DNA of 64,000 bases from an uncultured Candidatus Saccharibacteria bacterium (GCA_963548065.1 CAUUSZ010000001.1:22594-86593); one strand, 5' to 3'. Shown: positions 46,036-55,136, counted from the first letter of the stretch. Notes: generated by a model not told the origin, from the sequence alone. Numbers and translations: made by a program.

Positions 46036-46219
46036 CAATCTCACCTCATACGTAGTCTTTCTGATCTTCTTTGTCGTCTTTGTTACTATTGTTTGTTTAT
46101 TTTTATTTTCTCTTGCATATAGTTTTTCTTCTATTTGTTGCACATAAAAAGACGTTAGATTGTTACTTCTACCGCCCTACGTAAAGCTTATATAACTGCC
46201 TCATCTGTTATTGACATAG

Positions 46220-47233
46220 TTAAATTTTCAAATTCTTATTGTGTAGCATTCCACCAAACATCGTATGATACATGTCTTTTGATGATTCTTCTATCTTAGT
46301 AATACTTGATATTTTATTTCCGGCATCTTTTGATGATGCTCCACAAAGATAAAAGGCTTCATGTTCTGTCCCATAGTCTATCGCAATATACCGATCGTGA
46401 TACTTTTTACCTGCAATCTTCATTTTTACGTTGATGGTAGGGTAGTCTCTTATAAAATCATGGAGAATATTTCTTGTAAGCATATCTTTATGTCTTACAT
46501 TATCGCTAAATATAATGACTTCAACACTATCTTTTGCAGCTCTTAGCAGCTCTAATGTTTTTAAGCCTATATAGTTATCTATGACATAAATGCTTTTCTT
46601 GGCAGACTTATATAGCTTAGTATAGGCAACATCAGCTTCTATCTTATCTCCATTCATCAAGAGGAAGTGTTTATAGGTATCCGGATCTATAAAATTATCC
46701 ATCACTTTTTTCAAATCCTCTTTTGTTGCTAAGGTGCTTATTGTATCATTTATCTTTGCTATATCATGTGTGTTCTTATTAGTCTGTATAGCTATTTGGA
46801 CTAATTCTTTTGAGCCGATAAAATCTTGATTTTCAATCATAAAGTCTTTCATCTGCTTAAACAAGCGTATTAAGGCCTTGCTCTGTTTAACTGCCAGGTC
46901 TCCCCTCAATACGGTCATAAGCATATAAATACCCTGCTCCGTAAAGGCATAGGGATTGTACTTTATATTGCTTCCTCTGCCTGTTCCTTTGTTCAAGGTC
47001 ACATTTTGTGATCTTGAAAGTTCGTCCACTTCCTCATCAGTCAATTGGAACATAAAATCTTCATCAAATTTTTCATTATTTCTTTTTACCTGTTGATTAA
47101 ACGCTCTTGTTTCATACCCATAAATTTCAGCAAGTTCAAAATCAAGCATAACCTTTTGATTTCTTATATAGTGAATCTTGCTTTTAATTGTCGTTTCATC
47201 TATTACCACAATCTCTTTATTTTCTTCTGTCAT
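46220..47233 (-). CDS. ORF6N (KilA-N-like) domain protein with conserved C-terminal domain
   Basis: IRNQKVMLDFELAEIYGYETRAFNQQVKRNNEKFDEDFMFQLTDEEVDELSRSQNVT....YNPYAFTEQGIYMLMTVLRGDLAVKQSKALIRLFKQMK is the ORF6N signature. The C-terminal ...VIDNYIGLKTLELL...KKYHDRYIAIDY...YLCGASSKDAGNK is the domain commonly fused to it. The start is ATG 47233 after GGAGGTG. Confidence 0.8.
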   Translation of the reverse strand: MTEENKEIVVIDETTIKSKIHYIRNQKVMLDFELAEIYGYETRAFNQQVKRNNEKFDEDFMFQLTDEEVDELSRSQNVTLNKGTGRGSNIKYNPYAFTEQGIYMLMTVLRGDLAVKQSKALIRLFKQMKDFMIENQDFIGSKELVQIAIQTNKNTHDIAKINDTISTLATKEDLKKVMDNFIDPDTYKHFLLMNGDKIEADVAYTKLYKSAKKSIYVIDNYIGLKTLELLRAAKDSVEVIIFSDNVRHKDMLTRNILHDFIRDYPTINVKMKIAGKKYHDRYIAIDYGTEHEAFYLCGASSKDAGNKISSITKIEESSKDMYHTMFGGMLHNKNLKI

Positions 47234-47306
47234 GAAATGCACCTCCACAATTATCTCAATATCTTTTCCAATCTGATACGCACTACATAGCTTTTTGAAA
47301 TTAATA

Positions 47307-47630
47307 TCATGTCCTTTTGTATTTTTCTATTCCACCTTCAGCTTTTCCGATGTGTTCCACATTCTTTACAAGTCCATTATTTACATTTTCATAAAACCAT
47401 CTACCTATCAAAGCTGGCGGTGTTGCGATTAACTCTCTTAAAACAAACTCTTTCCCCTTCGGCAAGGAGCTTATTGTATTGAGTAAGGCAGTATACAGTG
47501 TGACATAGCTTGTATTTTCTTGTAGACTGCTGCACTTACAATATTCACTCACACTTGGGTAATTACCCTCTATTGCTTTTTTCATTAAAGTTTTCAGTTC
47601 TTCATCGGTTACGGTAAATTGAATTCGCAT
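47307..47630 (-). CDS. Hypothetical protein (possible RHH-like N-terminus)
   Basis: This 107 aa ORF is AT-rich and lies upstream of, and co-oriented with, the ORF6N gene. Confidence 0.5.
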   Translation of the reverse strand: MRIQFTVTDEELKTLMKKAIEGNYPSVSEYCKCSSLQENTSYVTLYTALLNTISSLPKGKEFVLRELIATPPALIGRWFYENVNNGLVKNVEHIGKAEGGIEKYKRT

Positions 47631-47931
47631 TTATATATTCTCTCTTTATAACTGAGATTATTACAATATCAATATCATTTTATCATACATACAATGATTT
47701 TTCTCATACTACAATTTTAATCCTTACATGATGTTTTTACGCTTCGCCATAATCTGACACCACGTTTCCCATTACTGCTCTAAAAACGCCTTTCACTTAC
47801 TTTTAGGATAGCTATACATGTTTTCCCTTATCATAATCTTCACGCGTTGGAATCTTGCCGGTCTTTTTCTGAGATAGCCTATCCTTATCTTGTTCATACC
47901 AGGTACAGATCGTTACATCCGTCGTCTCGAT

Positions 47932-48306
47932 ATGTCTTTTCAGACGACCCGACTAACGCAGCGCCGGATAGCCGAGCTGTTCGACGTCGATGTGCGCACC
48001 ATCAGCGAGCACCTCGGGAATGTCTTCTCTTCTGGTGAACTGGAGCGTGATTCAGTTATCCGGAAATTCCGGATAACTGCAAGTGACGGTAAGCGATACG
48101 CGGTTCAGCACTACAACCTCGACGCCATCATCTCGGTCGGTTACCGCGTCAACTCGGTGCGTGCTACCCAGTTCCGTCAGTGGGGTACGAGTGTGCTGCG
48201 CGACTTTGCTATTCGGGGCTATGTTATAGACCGCCAACGTTTAGAGCAGCCCTCTCAAGCCGCCTGGCACAAGCGCCGCGCACAAGTAAGTGAGTCAACG
48301 AAATGA
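47932..48306 (+). pseudogene. Truncated RhuM-family gene
   Basis: LTQRRIAELFDVDVRTISEHLGNVFSSGEL...RKFRITASDGKRYAVQHYNLDAIISVGYRVNSVRATQFRQWGTSVLRDFAIRGYVIDRQRLE matches the N-terminal third or so of RhuM-family proteins. It then ends, whereas full-length members as I recall them are roughly 300+ aa. Confidence 0.65.
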
Positions 48307-48345
48307 GACACTGGCTTCTCTATACCAGTGTCTCATTATCTTTTC
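48303..48345. terminator. Bidirectional terminator between the RhuM remnant and arcC
   Basis: A perfect 12 bp stem ATGAGACACTGG-cttctctata-CCAGTGTCTCAT is followed by TATCTTTT. Confidence 0.75.
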
Positions 48346-48356
48346 CCTTGCGACGC

Positions 48357-49298
48357 TTATGATACAATAATCGTCCCCTGCTCACCCGCCACAGCGGCAG
48401 CAGCATGCTCTAGGTTGGCAATGATGGCGCGCCGACCAGGCTTTGCCACGAAATTAAGCGCGGCCTGCACCTTCGGTAGCATACTACCCGACGCAAACTG
48501 CCCCTGCTCAGCATAAGCCTGCATCTCCTGGCTGGTCGTCCGGCCAATCGCACGGGCCTGCGGCGTGCCATAGTCGACCATCGCGTTATCGACGGCCGTG
48601 AGAATTACCAAAGCTTCAGCATCAACCGCATCAGCCACCACTGCAGCGGTAAAGTCCTTATCAATCACCGCCTCGACGCCAGCCATGCCCCGCGCTTCAT
48701 TCTCAACCACCGGAATTCCGCCACCGCCCGCTGTCACAACGGTCAAGCCAGCATCAAGCAAGGCACGCACCGCACCTTCTTCGACTACGCGCTGCGGCCG
48801 TGGCGATGGCACAACGCGGCGCCAGCCTCGCCCCGCATCTTCTTTGAAGACGAAATCGCGCCCAGCCGCCGACTGCTGCGCCTCGGCCTCAGAGGCATAA
48901 AAGACCCCGATTGGCTTGGTAGGATTCGCAAACGCCGGGTCATTCGCATCCACCACCGTTTGTGTCACCATCGTCACGGCGTGGTTTGGCATGCCACGGC
49001 GAGCAAACTCGTTCGTCAGCGCCTGCTGCAGCCAGTAGCCGATCTCCCCCTGGCTCATCGCGCCGCACGTATCAAGCGGCATCGTTGGCACCTCAGGGGT
49101 ATTAATCGCCTCCTCATGGAGGACAATATTCCCCACCTGTGGCCCATTGCCGTGAACGATCACCAGCCGATGCCCAGCCGCAATCAGCGGCACCAGCTGA
49201 GCCGCTGTCTCGCTCGCCACTCGCTGCTGCGCAGCCGCACTTGCTTCACCTTGTCTTTGGAGGGCGTTACCACCCAATGCAATCACAATTGTACTCAT
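48357..49298 (-). CDS. arcC: Carbamate kinase
   Basis: MSTIVIALGGNAL..., VIVHGNGPQVG and GGGGIPV are carbamate kinase motifs. It is the last gene of the arc operon. Confidence 0.95.
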   Translation of the reverse strand: MSTIVIALGGNALQRQGEASAAAQQRVASETAAQLVPLIAAGHRLVIVHGNGPQVGNIVLHEEAINTPEVPTMPLDTCGAMSQGEIGYWLQQALTNEFARRGMPNHAVTMVTQTVVDANDPAFANPTKPIGVFYASEAEAQQSAAGRDFVFKEDAGRGWRRVVPSPRPQRVVEEGAVRALLDAGLTVVTAGGGGIPVVENEARGMAGVEAVIDKDFTAAVVADAVDAEALVILTAVDNAMVDYGTPQARAIGRTTSQEMQAYAEQGQFASGSMLPKVQAALNFVAKPGRRAIIANLEHAAAAVAGEQGTIIVS

Positions 49299-49299
49299 C

Positions 49300-50073
49300 C
49301 TAAAACCTCAACGACATGCAGGTCAAACTGCCGGTTATTTTTTCAAATTCACTGGTATCGATTAGTTCCACGCGGTAGCCACAGTCACGGATCTGCTGCT
49401 CGATTTTGGGAAAGCCCTGCGGCACGATCACCGTGCCATTAATCCACAAACTATTCACCGCATAGTACTCATCGTCATCCACCACCAGCTTGTTAAATGG
49501 TGCAAAAGCTGGGTGGTGCTCATAGGCCTTGGCAACGATCAGATTGTTGTTGTCCAAGTAGACCACGTCATCCTTGAGGTGCAGAATCCCTGTCACCTCA
49601 ACCGTCTCGGCTGTCATGCCGTAGCGCTCAAGGATAGCAGTGATCTGCTCGGCCGCTGCTTGGTTGGTGCGGTGGCTTAGGCCAATGTAGTAGTGGTCGC
49701 CCACCATCATAATATCGCCGGGGTCGACGGTGCCGGGTGCTTCGACCTGCTCGATGGTATCATAATGCTGGCTCAGTGCCTGGCGCAAATCGGGCAAGCT
49801 CGCCTCGCCGCGCCGGCTCTCCGCCCCAGGCCGCGACAAAATCGCCACCCCATGCGGCGTACACAGCGCATTATCCTCAATAAAGACGCTATCTGGATAC
49901 TCCTCATTGGGCTCCAAGACTGTCACCTCAAGGCCACACTGACGCAGCAACGCAACATACTGATCGTACTGCTGCATTGCCCGCTCATAGTCTGGCTTCC
50001 CCTTCTCCGGTGTTTGGCTAATACCGTTGATCAAGCTACGGCTTGGCCGACGGGTAATCGCGTAGCGAAACAT
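49300..50073 (-). CDS. Amidinotransferase-fold enzyme, DDAH (dimethylarginine dimethylaminohydrolase)-like
   Basis: The 257 aa product runs from ATG 50073 (SD AAAGGAG). It has MFRYAITRRPS... and ends ...FEKITGSLTCMSLRF, the catalytic Cys context typical of DDAH and arginine deiminase-fold enzymes. It is inserted between arcD and arcC. Confidence 0.75.
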   Translation of the reverse strand: MFRYAITRRPSRSLINGISQTPEKGKPDYERAMQQYDQYVALLRQCGLEVTVLEPNEEYPDSVFIEDNALCTPHGVAILSRPGAESRRGEASLPDLRQALSQHYDTIEQVEAPGTVDPGDIMMVGDHYYIGLSHRTNQAAAEQITAILERYGMTAETVEVTGILHLKDDVVYLDNNNLIVAKAYEHHPAFAPFNKLVVDDDEYYAVNSLWINGTVIVPQGFPKIEQQIRDCGYRVELIDTSEFEKITGSLTCMSLRF

Positions 50074-50133
50074 CACACTCCTTTCTCTTATGCAATGTGG
50101 TGCGCCTTTCTCGGCGCACCACATGATTACTTG

Positions 50134-51609
50134 TTAGTTAAACAGCTTTGGCATCGTAATACCAAGTGTCTTATCCAGCCCGCCAGTCAGCAGCTGGAAT
50201 AGCGCATAGGCCAGCGCCACCAGTAGTGCTGCGACAAGCAGCCACTCAAGCGTCGTAAATGGCTTCTTGCCTTGCTGCTTGCGCATCAGGCCATAAACCA
50301 CAATGCCCGGCACATACAAGAACACCGTCACCAGCAGGTTCTCTACTCCGGCGGCATAGACCAGCCAGACGCTATAGACACTAGCCATCACACCAATCAA
50401 GATATTAGCTGCCCGGCCCTTCGTCTCTGGCTTCTCGAGAGCCGAGTACTTCAGCTGGTAAAAGGCCGTCAAGGCATAGGGCACGAGAATTGCTGATGTC
50501 GCAATCGCAATACCAATGTTATACACCGAGCCACTTGTCAGCGGTATCGTCAGGATAAAGAACTGCACCAAAGCGTTCGTCACCAGCAGCGAGTTCTTTG
50601 GCACGCCAACCTTATTCTCTTTGGCAAAAAACGTCGGAAAAGTGCCAACCTTTGCCGCCTGGTAGGGCAGCTCAGCTGCAAACATCGTCCAGGCCAGCCA
50701 GCCACCAAGCACCGCAATGATTAAGCCAATATTAACTAGCCAGGCACCCCACGGCCCAACCACCTTCTCAAGCAAGAGCGCCATCGCTGGGTCTTTGAGG
50801 CCAGCCAGCTCCGGCTGCGTTGCCACGCCGAAGGCCAGGACGGTCATCAAGACATAGAGCGCAAGCACAGCCGCAAAGCCAATGAAGGTCGCCTTGACGA
50901 CGTCGCTGCGCTGCTTAGCTCGGCCAGAGAACACAACCGCACCCTCGATACCAATGAACACCCAGACAGTGACGATCATCATATTCTTGATCTGCCGCAG
51001 AACAACGTCAAGACTCAGATTACTCCCAGCCAGGCCCCAGAGATCCTTCGAGAAGATATCGAGCTTAAAGGCAGCAATAATTGCCACAAGGAAGATAATC
51101 AGTGGAACAATCTTGGCAATCGTGATGAGCAAGTTCACTACACTCGCCGTGCGCACACCACGGAGAATCAGGCAGTGCACGCCCCAGAGCAAAATCGACA
51201 TACCAATCACCGAAGCCCAGTTTTGACCATCAGCAAACAGCTGCGGGAAGAAATAGCCAAGTGCCGAAAAGGCCGTTACAGCATAGGCGATGTTGCCAAT
51301 CCAGGCCGAGATCCAATACCCCCAAGCCGAGTTGAACCCGACATATTTGCCAAACCCTGCCTCAGCATAGCTATAGATACCGGCGTCAAGGTCGGGGCGC
51401 TTCTCGGCAAGGTTACGAAAACTCAGGACGAGGAAGACCATCCCCACCCCAGTGACGAGCCAGGCAATGATGGTTGCCAGTGGTCCAGCCGATTCTGCAG
51501 TATTACGGACAAGATTGAAGATACCAGCCCCAATCATACTGCCGATAACAAGCCCGGTGAGTGATCGCCACCCCAGCTTGCTTTCTTGTTGTGTTTGTTG
51601 TGTTGTCAT
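50134..51609 (-). CDS. arcD: Arginine/ornithine antiporter (APC superfamily)
   Basis: KLGWRSLTGLVIGSMIGAGIFNL..., about 12-13 TM helices, the size and the operon position fit an ArcD-type basic amino acid antiporter. Confidence 0.85.
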   Translation of the reverse strand: MTTQQTQQESKLGWRSLTGLVIGSMIGAGIFNLVRNTAESAGPLATIIAWLVTGVGMVFLVLSFRNLAEKRPDLDAGIYSYAEAGFGKYVGFNSAWGYWISAWIGNIAYAVTAFSALGYFFPQLFADGQNWASVIGMSILLWGVHCLILRGVRTASVVNLLITIAKIVPLIIFLVAIIAAFKLDIFSKDLWGLAGSNLSLDVVLRQIKNMMIVTVWVFIGIEGAVVFSGRAKQRSDVVKATFIGFAAVLALYVLMTVLAFGVATQPELAGLKDPAMALLLEKVVGPWGAWLVNIGLIIAVLGGWLAWTMFAAELPYQAAKVGTFPTFFAKENKVGVPKNSLLVTNALVQFFILTIPLTSGSVYNIGIAIATSAILVPYALTAFYQLKYSALEKPETKGRAANILIGVMASVYSVWLVYAAGVENLLVTVFLYVPGIVVYGLMRKQQGKKPFTTLEWLLVAALLVALAYALFQLLTGGLDKTLGITMPKLFN

Positions 51610-51639
51610 ACGTGAGGCCCCCTATGCCTCAGTTAGTTG

Positions 51640-52635
51640 TTATAACGTCAGTGCCATCACTGCCTTAATCGTGTGCATGCGGTTCTCCGCTTCGTCGAAG
51701 ACCACACTGTGCTCACTCCGGAACACTTCGTCCGTCACTTCCATACTCTCAAGGCCATAGTCTTGGTAGATCTTCAGCCCCGTCTCGGTGTTCAGATCGT
51801 GGAAGGCCGGCAAGCAGTGCAAGAACTTAACCTGTGGATTGTGTGTCTCATCAAGCATCGCGCGGTTCACCTGGTAGGGCTTAAGTAAAGCAATCCGCTC
51901 AGCGAACTGCGCCTCCTCACCCATCGACACCCACACGTCGGTGTAGATTGCGTCTGCCCCCTCCAGAGCCGTGGCGCGATCATCCGTCACGGTAATCTGT
52001 GCGCCAGTCTCGGCGGCAATTGCCCGAGCGAGATCAACCAGCTCACTGCTCGGGTGCAGCTCAGCTGGCGCTAAGATACGGAAGTCAACACCCATCTTGG
52101 CCGAGCCAATCATCAAGCTGTTCGCCATATTGTTGCGCCCATCACCAACAAAGACCAGCTTCGTGCCAGCCAGCGGCCCAACGTGCTCCTCAAGCGTCAT
52201 AAAGTCGGCCAAAATCTGCGTCGGGTGGAACTGGTCGGTCAAACCATTCCACACGGGTACGCCAGCGTGCTTGGCCAAGTCTTCCACCGTCGAGTGCTTA
52301 AAGCCGCGGAATTCAATCCCATCAAACATCCGGCCCAGCACCTTCGCGGTATCTTCAACCGATTCCTTTTTGCCAAGCTGAATGTCATCTTTACCGAGAA
52401 ACTCTGGCGCAACGCCAAGGTCATTGGCTGCCACGGTAAAGGCGCAGCGTGTACGGGTCGAGTTCTTCTCAAACAAGAGCGCGACCTGCTTACCCTCATG
52501 CAAGCGGTGCGGCACGCCCTCGCGCTTAAGCTTCTTGAGCTCGTGCGCCAGGTCGAGCATCTGCCGAATTTCCTCTGACGAAAAGTCCTTGAGGGCTAAG
52601 AACGAGCGGTTTTTTAGATTGGTTGGTAGGTTCAT
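51640..52635 (-). CDS. arcB: Ornithine carbamoyltransferase (catabolic context)
   Basis: [26 protein letters not shown] and HCLPA are OTCase motifs. Confidence 0.95.
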   Translation of the reverse strand: MNLPTNLKNRSFLALKDFSSEEIRQMLDLAHELKKLKREGVPHRLHEGKQVALLFEKNSTRTRCAFTVAANDLGVAPEFLGKDDIQLGKKESVEDTAKVLGRMFDGIEFRGFKHSTVEDLAKHAGVPVWNGLTDQFHPTQILADFMTLEEHVGPLAGTKLVFVGDGRNNMANSLMIGSAKMGVDFRILAPAELHPSSELVDLARAIAAETGAQITVTDDRATALEGADAIYTDVWVSMGEEAQFAERIALLKPYQVNRAMLDETHNPQVKFLHCLPAFHDLNTETGLKIYQDYGLESMEVTDEVFRSEHSVVFDEAENRMHTIKAVMALTL

Positions 52636-53871
52636 TTACACATCCTCTCGTATTAATGGCATACTCATGCAGCGTGGCCCGCCACGGCCCCGGCCAAGCT
52701 CCGAGCCAGTAATCTCCAGCACTTCGACGCCTGCCTCACGCAGTTTTTGGTTGGTGACGTAGTTGCGGTCGTAGGTGACCACCACCCCAGGAGCAATCGC
52801 CAAGGTATTGCTCCCGTCATTCCACTGCTCGCGCGCTGCAGCGATATCATCACCGCCACCGCATTCGATCAAGGTAATCGACGGCACGCCAAGGGCTTGG
52901 CTGAGCACCTGCTCAAGATTATGTTCTTTGGTAATAGTTGGGTAGGCCTGCCCGTCTACCTTATGCAAGACGAAGATATTCATCCGCCCCTCAAAGCCTC
53001 GAATCTCGGGGTGGATGGTGAATTTGTCGTGGTCAATCATCGTAAAGACAGTATCCAGATGCATAAAGGCGTGACTCTTAGGAATCTCAAGCGCAATCAC
53101 CGTGTCAAAATTCGACTCGGCAAAGAGCTTCGTCGCCATCAGCTCAATCGCCTCTGGTGAGGTGCGCTCACTAATACCAATCGCCATCGTATGGTTATTA
53201 AGCACCAGCTCATCACCGCCCTCAATTGAAAATGGTTGGCTGCGATCATACCAAACCGGTACGTTCTTGCCAGCAAAGCGTGGATGGAAGTCGATAATAT
53301 AGCGTATAAAGAGCGACTCACGCCGCCGAGCTGGCCAGTGCATCTTGTTGATCGTCAAACCTTGACCAATCGCCGCTGCCGGGTCGCGCGTAAAGTAGAG
53401 GTTCGGCATTGGGTCGAGATAAAACGGATATTGCTCATGCGCCACCATCGTGTGAAGTTGCTGCTGCTCAGGTGGCAGGCTAATCTCATCTTTGCGCACC
53501 CCCGCCATCAGCTTGCGCACCATCTGGCGCGGCTCCATGCTCAGTAAATACTCGGCAAGCGTCCGTGATGCCCGCTGGTTGTCTTGTTTTGACGCCACCA
53601 GCATCTCAACAACAAATTGCCGCCGCACTGCTTCGTCAGCGAGCGCCTCGGCGGCAAGTTCATCCAAGTACAACACTTCGACCCCACGCGAACGGAGCAG
53701 CTCCGCAAAGCGGTCATGCTCCTCCTGCGCAACCTTGAGATACGGAATATCGTCAAACAATAGGCGTTGCAAATGTTCTGGCGTGAGATGCTCGAGCTCC
53801 TCACCCGGCCGATGCAAGAGCACTGTCTTCAACCGGCCAATTTCTGATGTAATATGAATTGGATCGTCCAC
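52636..53871 (-). CDS. arcA: Arginine deiminase
   Basis: [29 protein letters not shown] and a C-terminal [12 protein letters not shown] (catalytic Cys) are present. The start is GTG after AGGGGGAAAAG. Confidence 0.95.
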   Translation of the reverse strand: MDDPIHITSEIGRLKTVLLHRPGEELEHLTPEHLQRLLFDDIPYLKVAQEEHDRFAELLRSRGVEVLYLDELAAEALADEAVRRQFVVEMLVASKQDNQRASRTLAEYLLSMEPRQMVRKLMAGVRKDEISLPPEQQQLHTMVAHEQYPFYLDPMPNLYFTRDPAAAIGQGLTINKMHWPARRRESLFIRYIIDFHPRFAGKNVPVWYDRSQPFSIEGGDELVLNNHTMAIGISERTSPEAIELMATKLFAESNFDTVIALEIPKSHAFMHLDTVFTMIDHDKFTIHPEIRGFEGRMNIFVLHKVDGQAYPTITKEHNLEQVLSQALGVPSITLIECGGGDDIAAAREQWNDGSNTLAIAPGVVVTYDRNYVTNQKLREAGVEVLEITGSELGRGRGGPRCMSMPLIREDV

Positions 53872-53960
53872 CTTTTCCCCCTGTGTGGCTTATAGTTGAT
53901 GCTTTCATTGTAGCATGTTCTGAGGTAAGTGCAATGGATAACAGGTGTCACGAATATGAA

Positions 53961-53978
53961 ACTGAATAATGAATCACA
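53961..53978 (-). promoter_or_regulatory. Candidate ARG box (ArgR/AhrC operator) upstream of arcA
   Basis: The minus strand TGTGATTCATTATTCAGT matches the ARG-box consensus TNTGAATWWWWATTCANW at 16 of 18 positions. It lies about 50 nt upstream of a TACAAT -10 (53912..53907). Confidence 0.4.
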
Positions 53979-54026
53979 AAAGCTTATTTTTGCTATTATT
54001 ACCATAATAGTCTATCATGGTTTTGT

Positions 54027-54407
54027 ATGAGGCAGGGGTCCATCACAACAAATGGAGTTATTCTTCATCACCACGAGAATGCAACTATTGTCTATCTTAC
54101 ACAACAAGGCTATGATATTACAATCATTCCACCCGATCAACGAAAAGGAGTCCATACACCAGACATCATCATGCTCAACAAGCGGTGGGAGATGAAATGT
54201 CCAATCGGCCGAAGTCCACACACTATCAAACGCGCATTTAAGGTTGCGATTCATCAATCTGAGTACATTATTTTTGACCTTCGTCGATCGAAAATAACCG
54301 ATGCAGTTAATATTGCCCGACTTAAGAAAGAATTTCATGATATCAAGCGAGCCAAACGGCTGATTATTATTCCAAAATCAAAGAAGATTATTGACATCAG
54401 TAAATAA
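54027..54407 (+). CDS. Stand-alone restriction-endonuclease-fold domain resembling polymorphic-toxin C-terminal nucleases
   Basis: In this 126 aa protein, ENATIVYLTQQGYDITIIPPDQRKGVHTPDIIMLNKRWEMKCPIG...AIHQSEYIIFDLRRSKI gives E...PD...ExK with the spacing seen in CdiA-CT/Tox-REase-type toxin domains. This rests on recollection of the family pattern. Confidence 0.5.
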   Translation: MRQGSITTNGVILHHHENATIVYLTQQGYDITIIPPDQRKGVHTPDIIMLNKRWEMKCPIGRSPHTIKRAFKVAIHQSEYIIFDLRRSKITDAVNIARLKKEFHDIKRAKRLIIIPKSKKIIDISK

Positions 54408-54497
54408 TTCCGCTACTATTTAGATACGGGGTGGCGTCACCGTGGTTCTGCGGAGACGACACCCCTACCTTGATAGCATCATTACTCTACCAACCGC

Positions 54498-55136
54498 TTA
54501 CCAGCCGTTGGTTATTTTTTTTGCGGTCATAACCGCCAAGCTCGCCTCCACCCGGCAACGGAATCTAGGGTGCGCCTGTAGCCACGCATCGACCGCCCGG
54601 GCCGCGCCAGGCAGCGCTTCATTGGCATAATCATCCACCACCAGCACCGCATCAGGAGTCAGCTTCGGCGTCACAAGCCGGAGCGAGTCCATAATCGACT
54701 GGTAATAGTCGCCATCGAGAAAGGCAAACATAATATCCTCCGGCACATCGTGCGGCATAAGCTCAGCAAACCAGCCCTTATGCACCACTGGTGGGCGCAG
54801 CCCGGCTTTCTTAAACTGCTGGAGAAATCCCTTGCGCGTTGCAGCAAGCTCCCCTGTCACAAACTGCTCACCAGCTGCGCTCGCATCCTGCGCCGTCTTC
54901 TCTGGCAAGCCAGCAAACGAATCATAGACGTGAAAGGCTCCCGCGTGCTGATACGCATCAAGCAAGCGCCGAATAAACAAACTCGTCGTCCCCACATAAC
55001 AACCAAATTCAACAACCGACCCCTGGCAGCCAGCTCTCAGAAGCCGCTCAAGCTCACGCAGCAAAACCCGCAGCTCACGCTCATCCACTTGGTCGGAGAT
55101 GATTGGGTAAGTGCGGAGAAGTTGGTCGGTGATCAT
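54498..55136 (-). CDS. Class I SAM-dependent methyltransferase (TylF/MycF-like)
   Basis: VVEFGCYVGTTS is motif I-like, and FAFLDGDYYQSIMDSLRLVTPKLTPDAVLVVDDY is typical of the TylF O-methyltransferase family. Confidence 0.7.
   Translation of the reverse strand: MITDQLLRTYPIISDQVDERELRVLLRELERLLRAGCQGSVVEFGCYVGTTSLFIRRLLDAYQHAGAFHVYDSFAGLPEKTAQDASAAGEQFVTGELAATRKGFLQQFKKAGLRPPVVHKGWFAELMPHDVPEDIMFAFLDGDYYQSIMDSLRLVTPKLTPDAVLVVDDYANEALPGAARAVDAWLQAHPRFRCRVEASLAVMTAKKITNGW

Larger units (their letters stand above)
42900..47890. other. AT-rich accessory island (no recombinase found)
   Basis: There is a visibly sharp drop in G+C between the permease start (42809) and about 47.85 kb. The island contains only accessory-type genes, decayed gene copies and non-coding repeats, and it is flanked on the right by a truncated RhuM gene. 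Confidence 0.55.

Noticed and set aside
42900-47890. The AT-rich island could be called a prophage, ICE or IS-type mobile element.
   Set aside because: There is no integrase, transposase, terminal inverted repeat, att-like direct repeat or phage structural gene. Only the compositional contrast and accessory-type genes are present, so it is labelled as an island rather than a defined mobile element.
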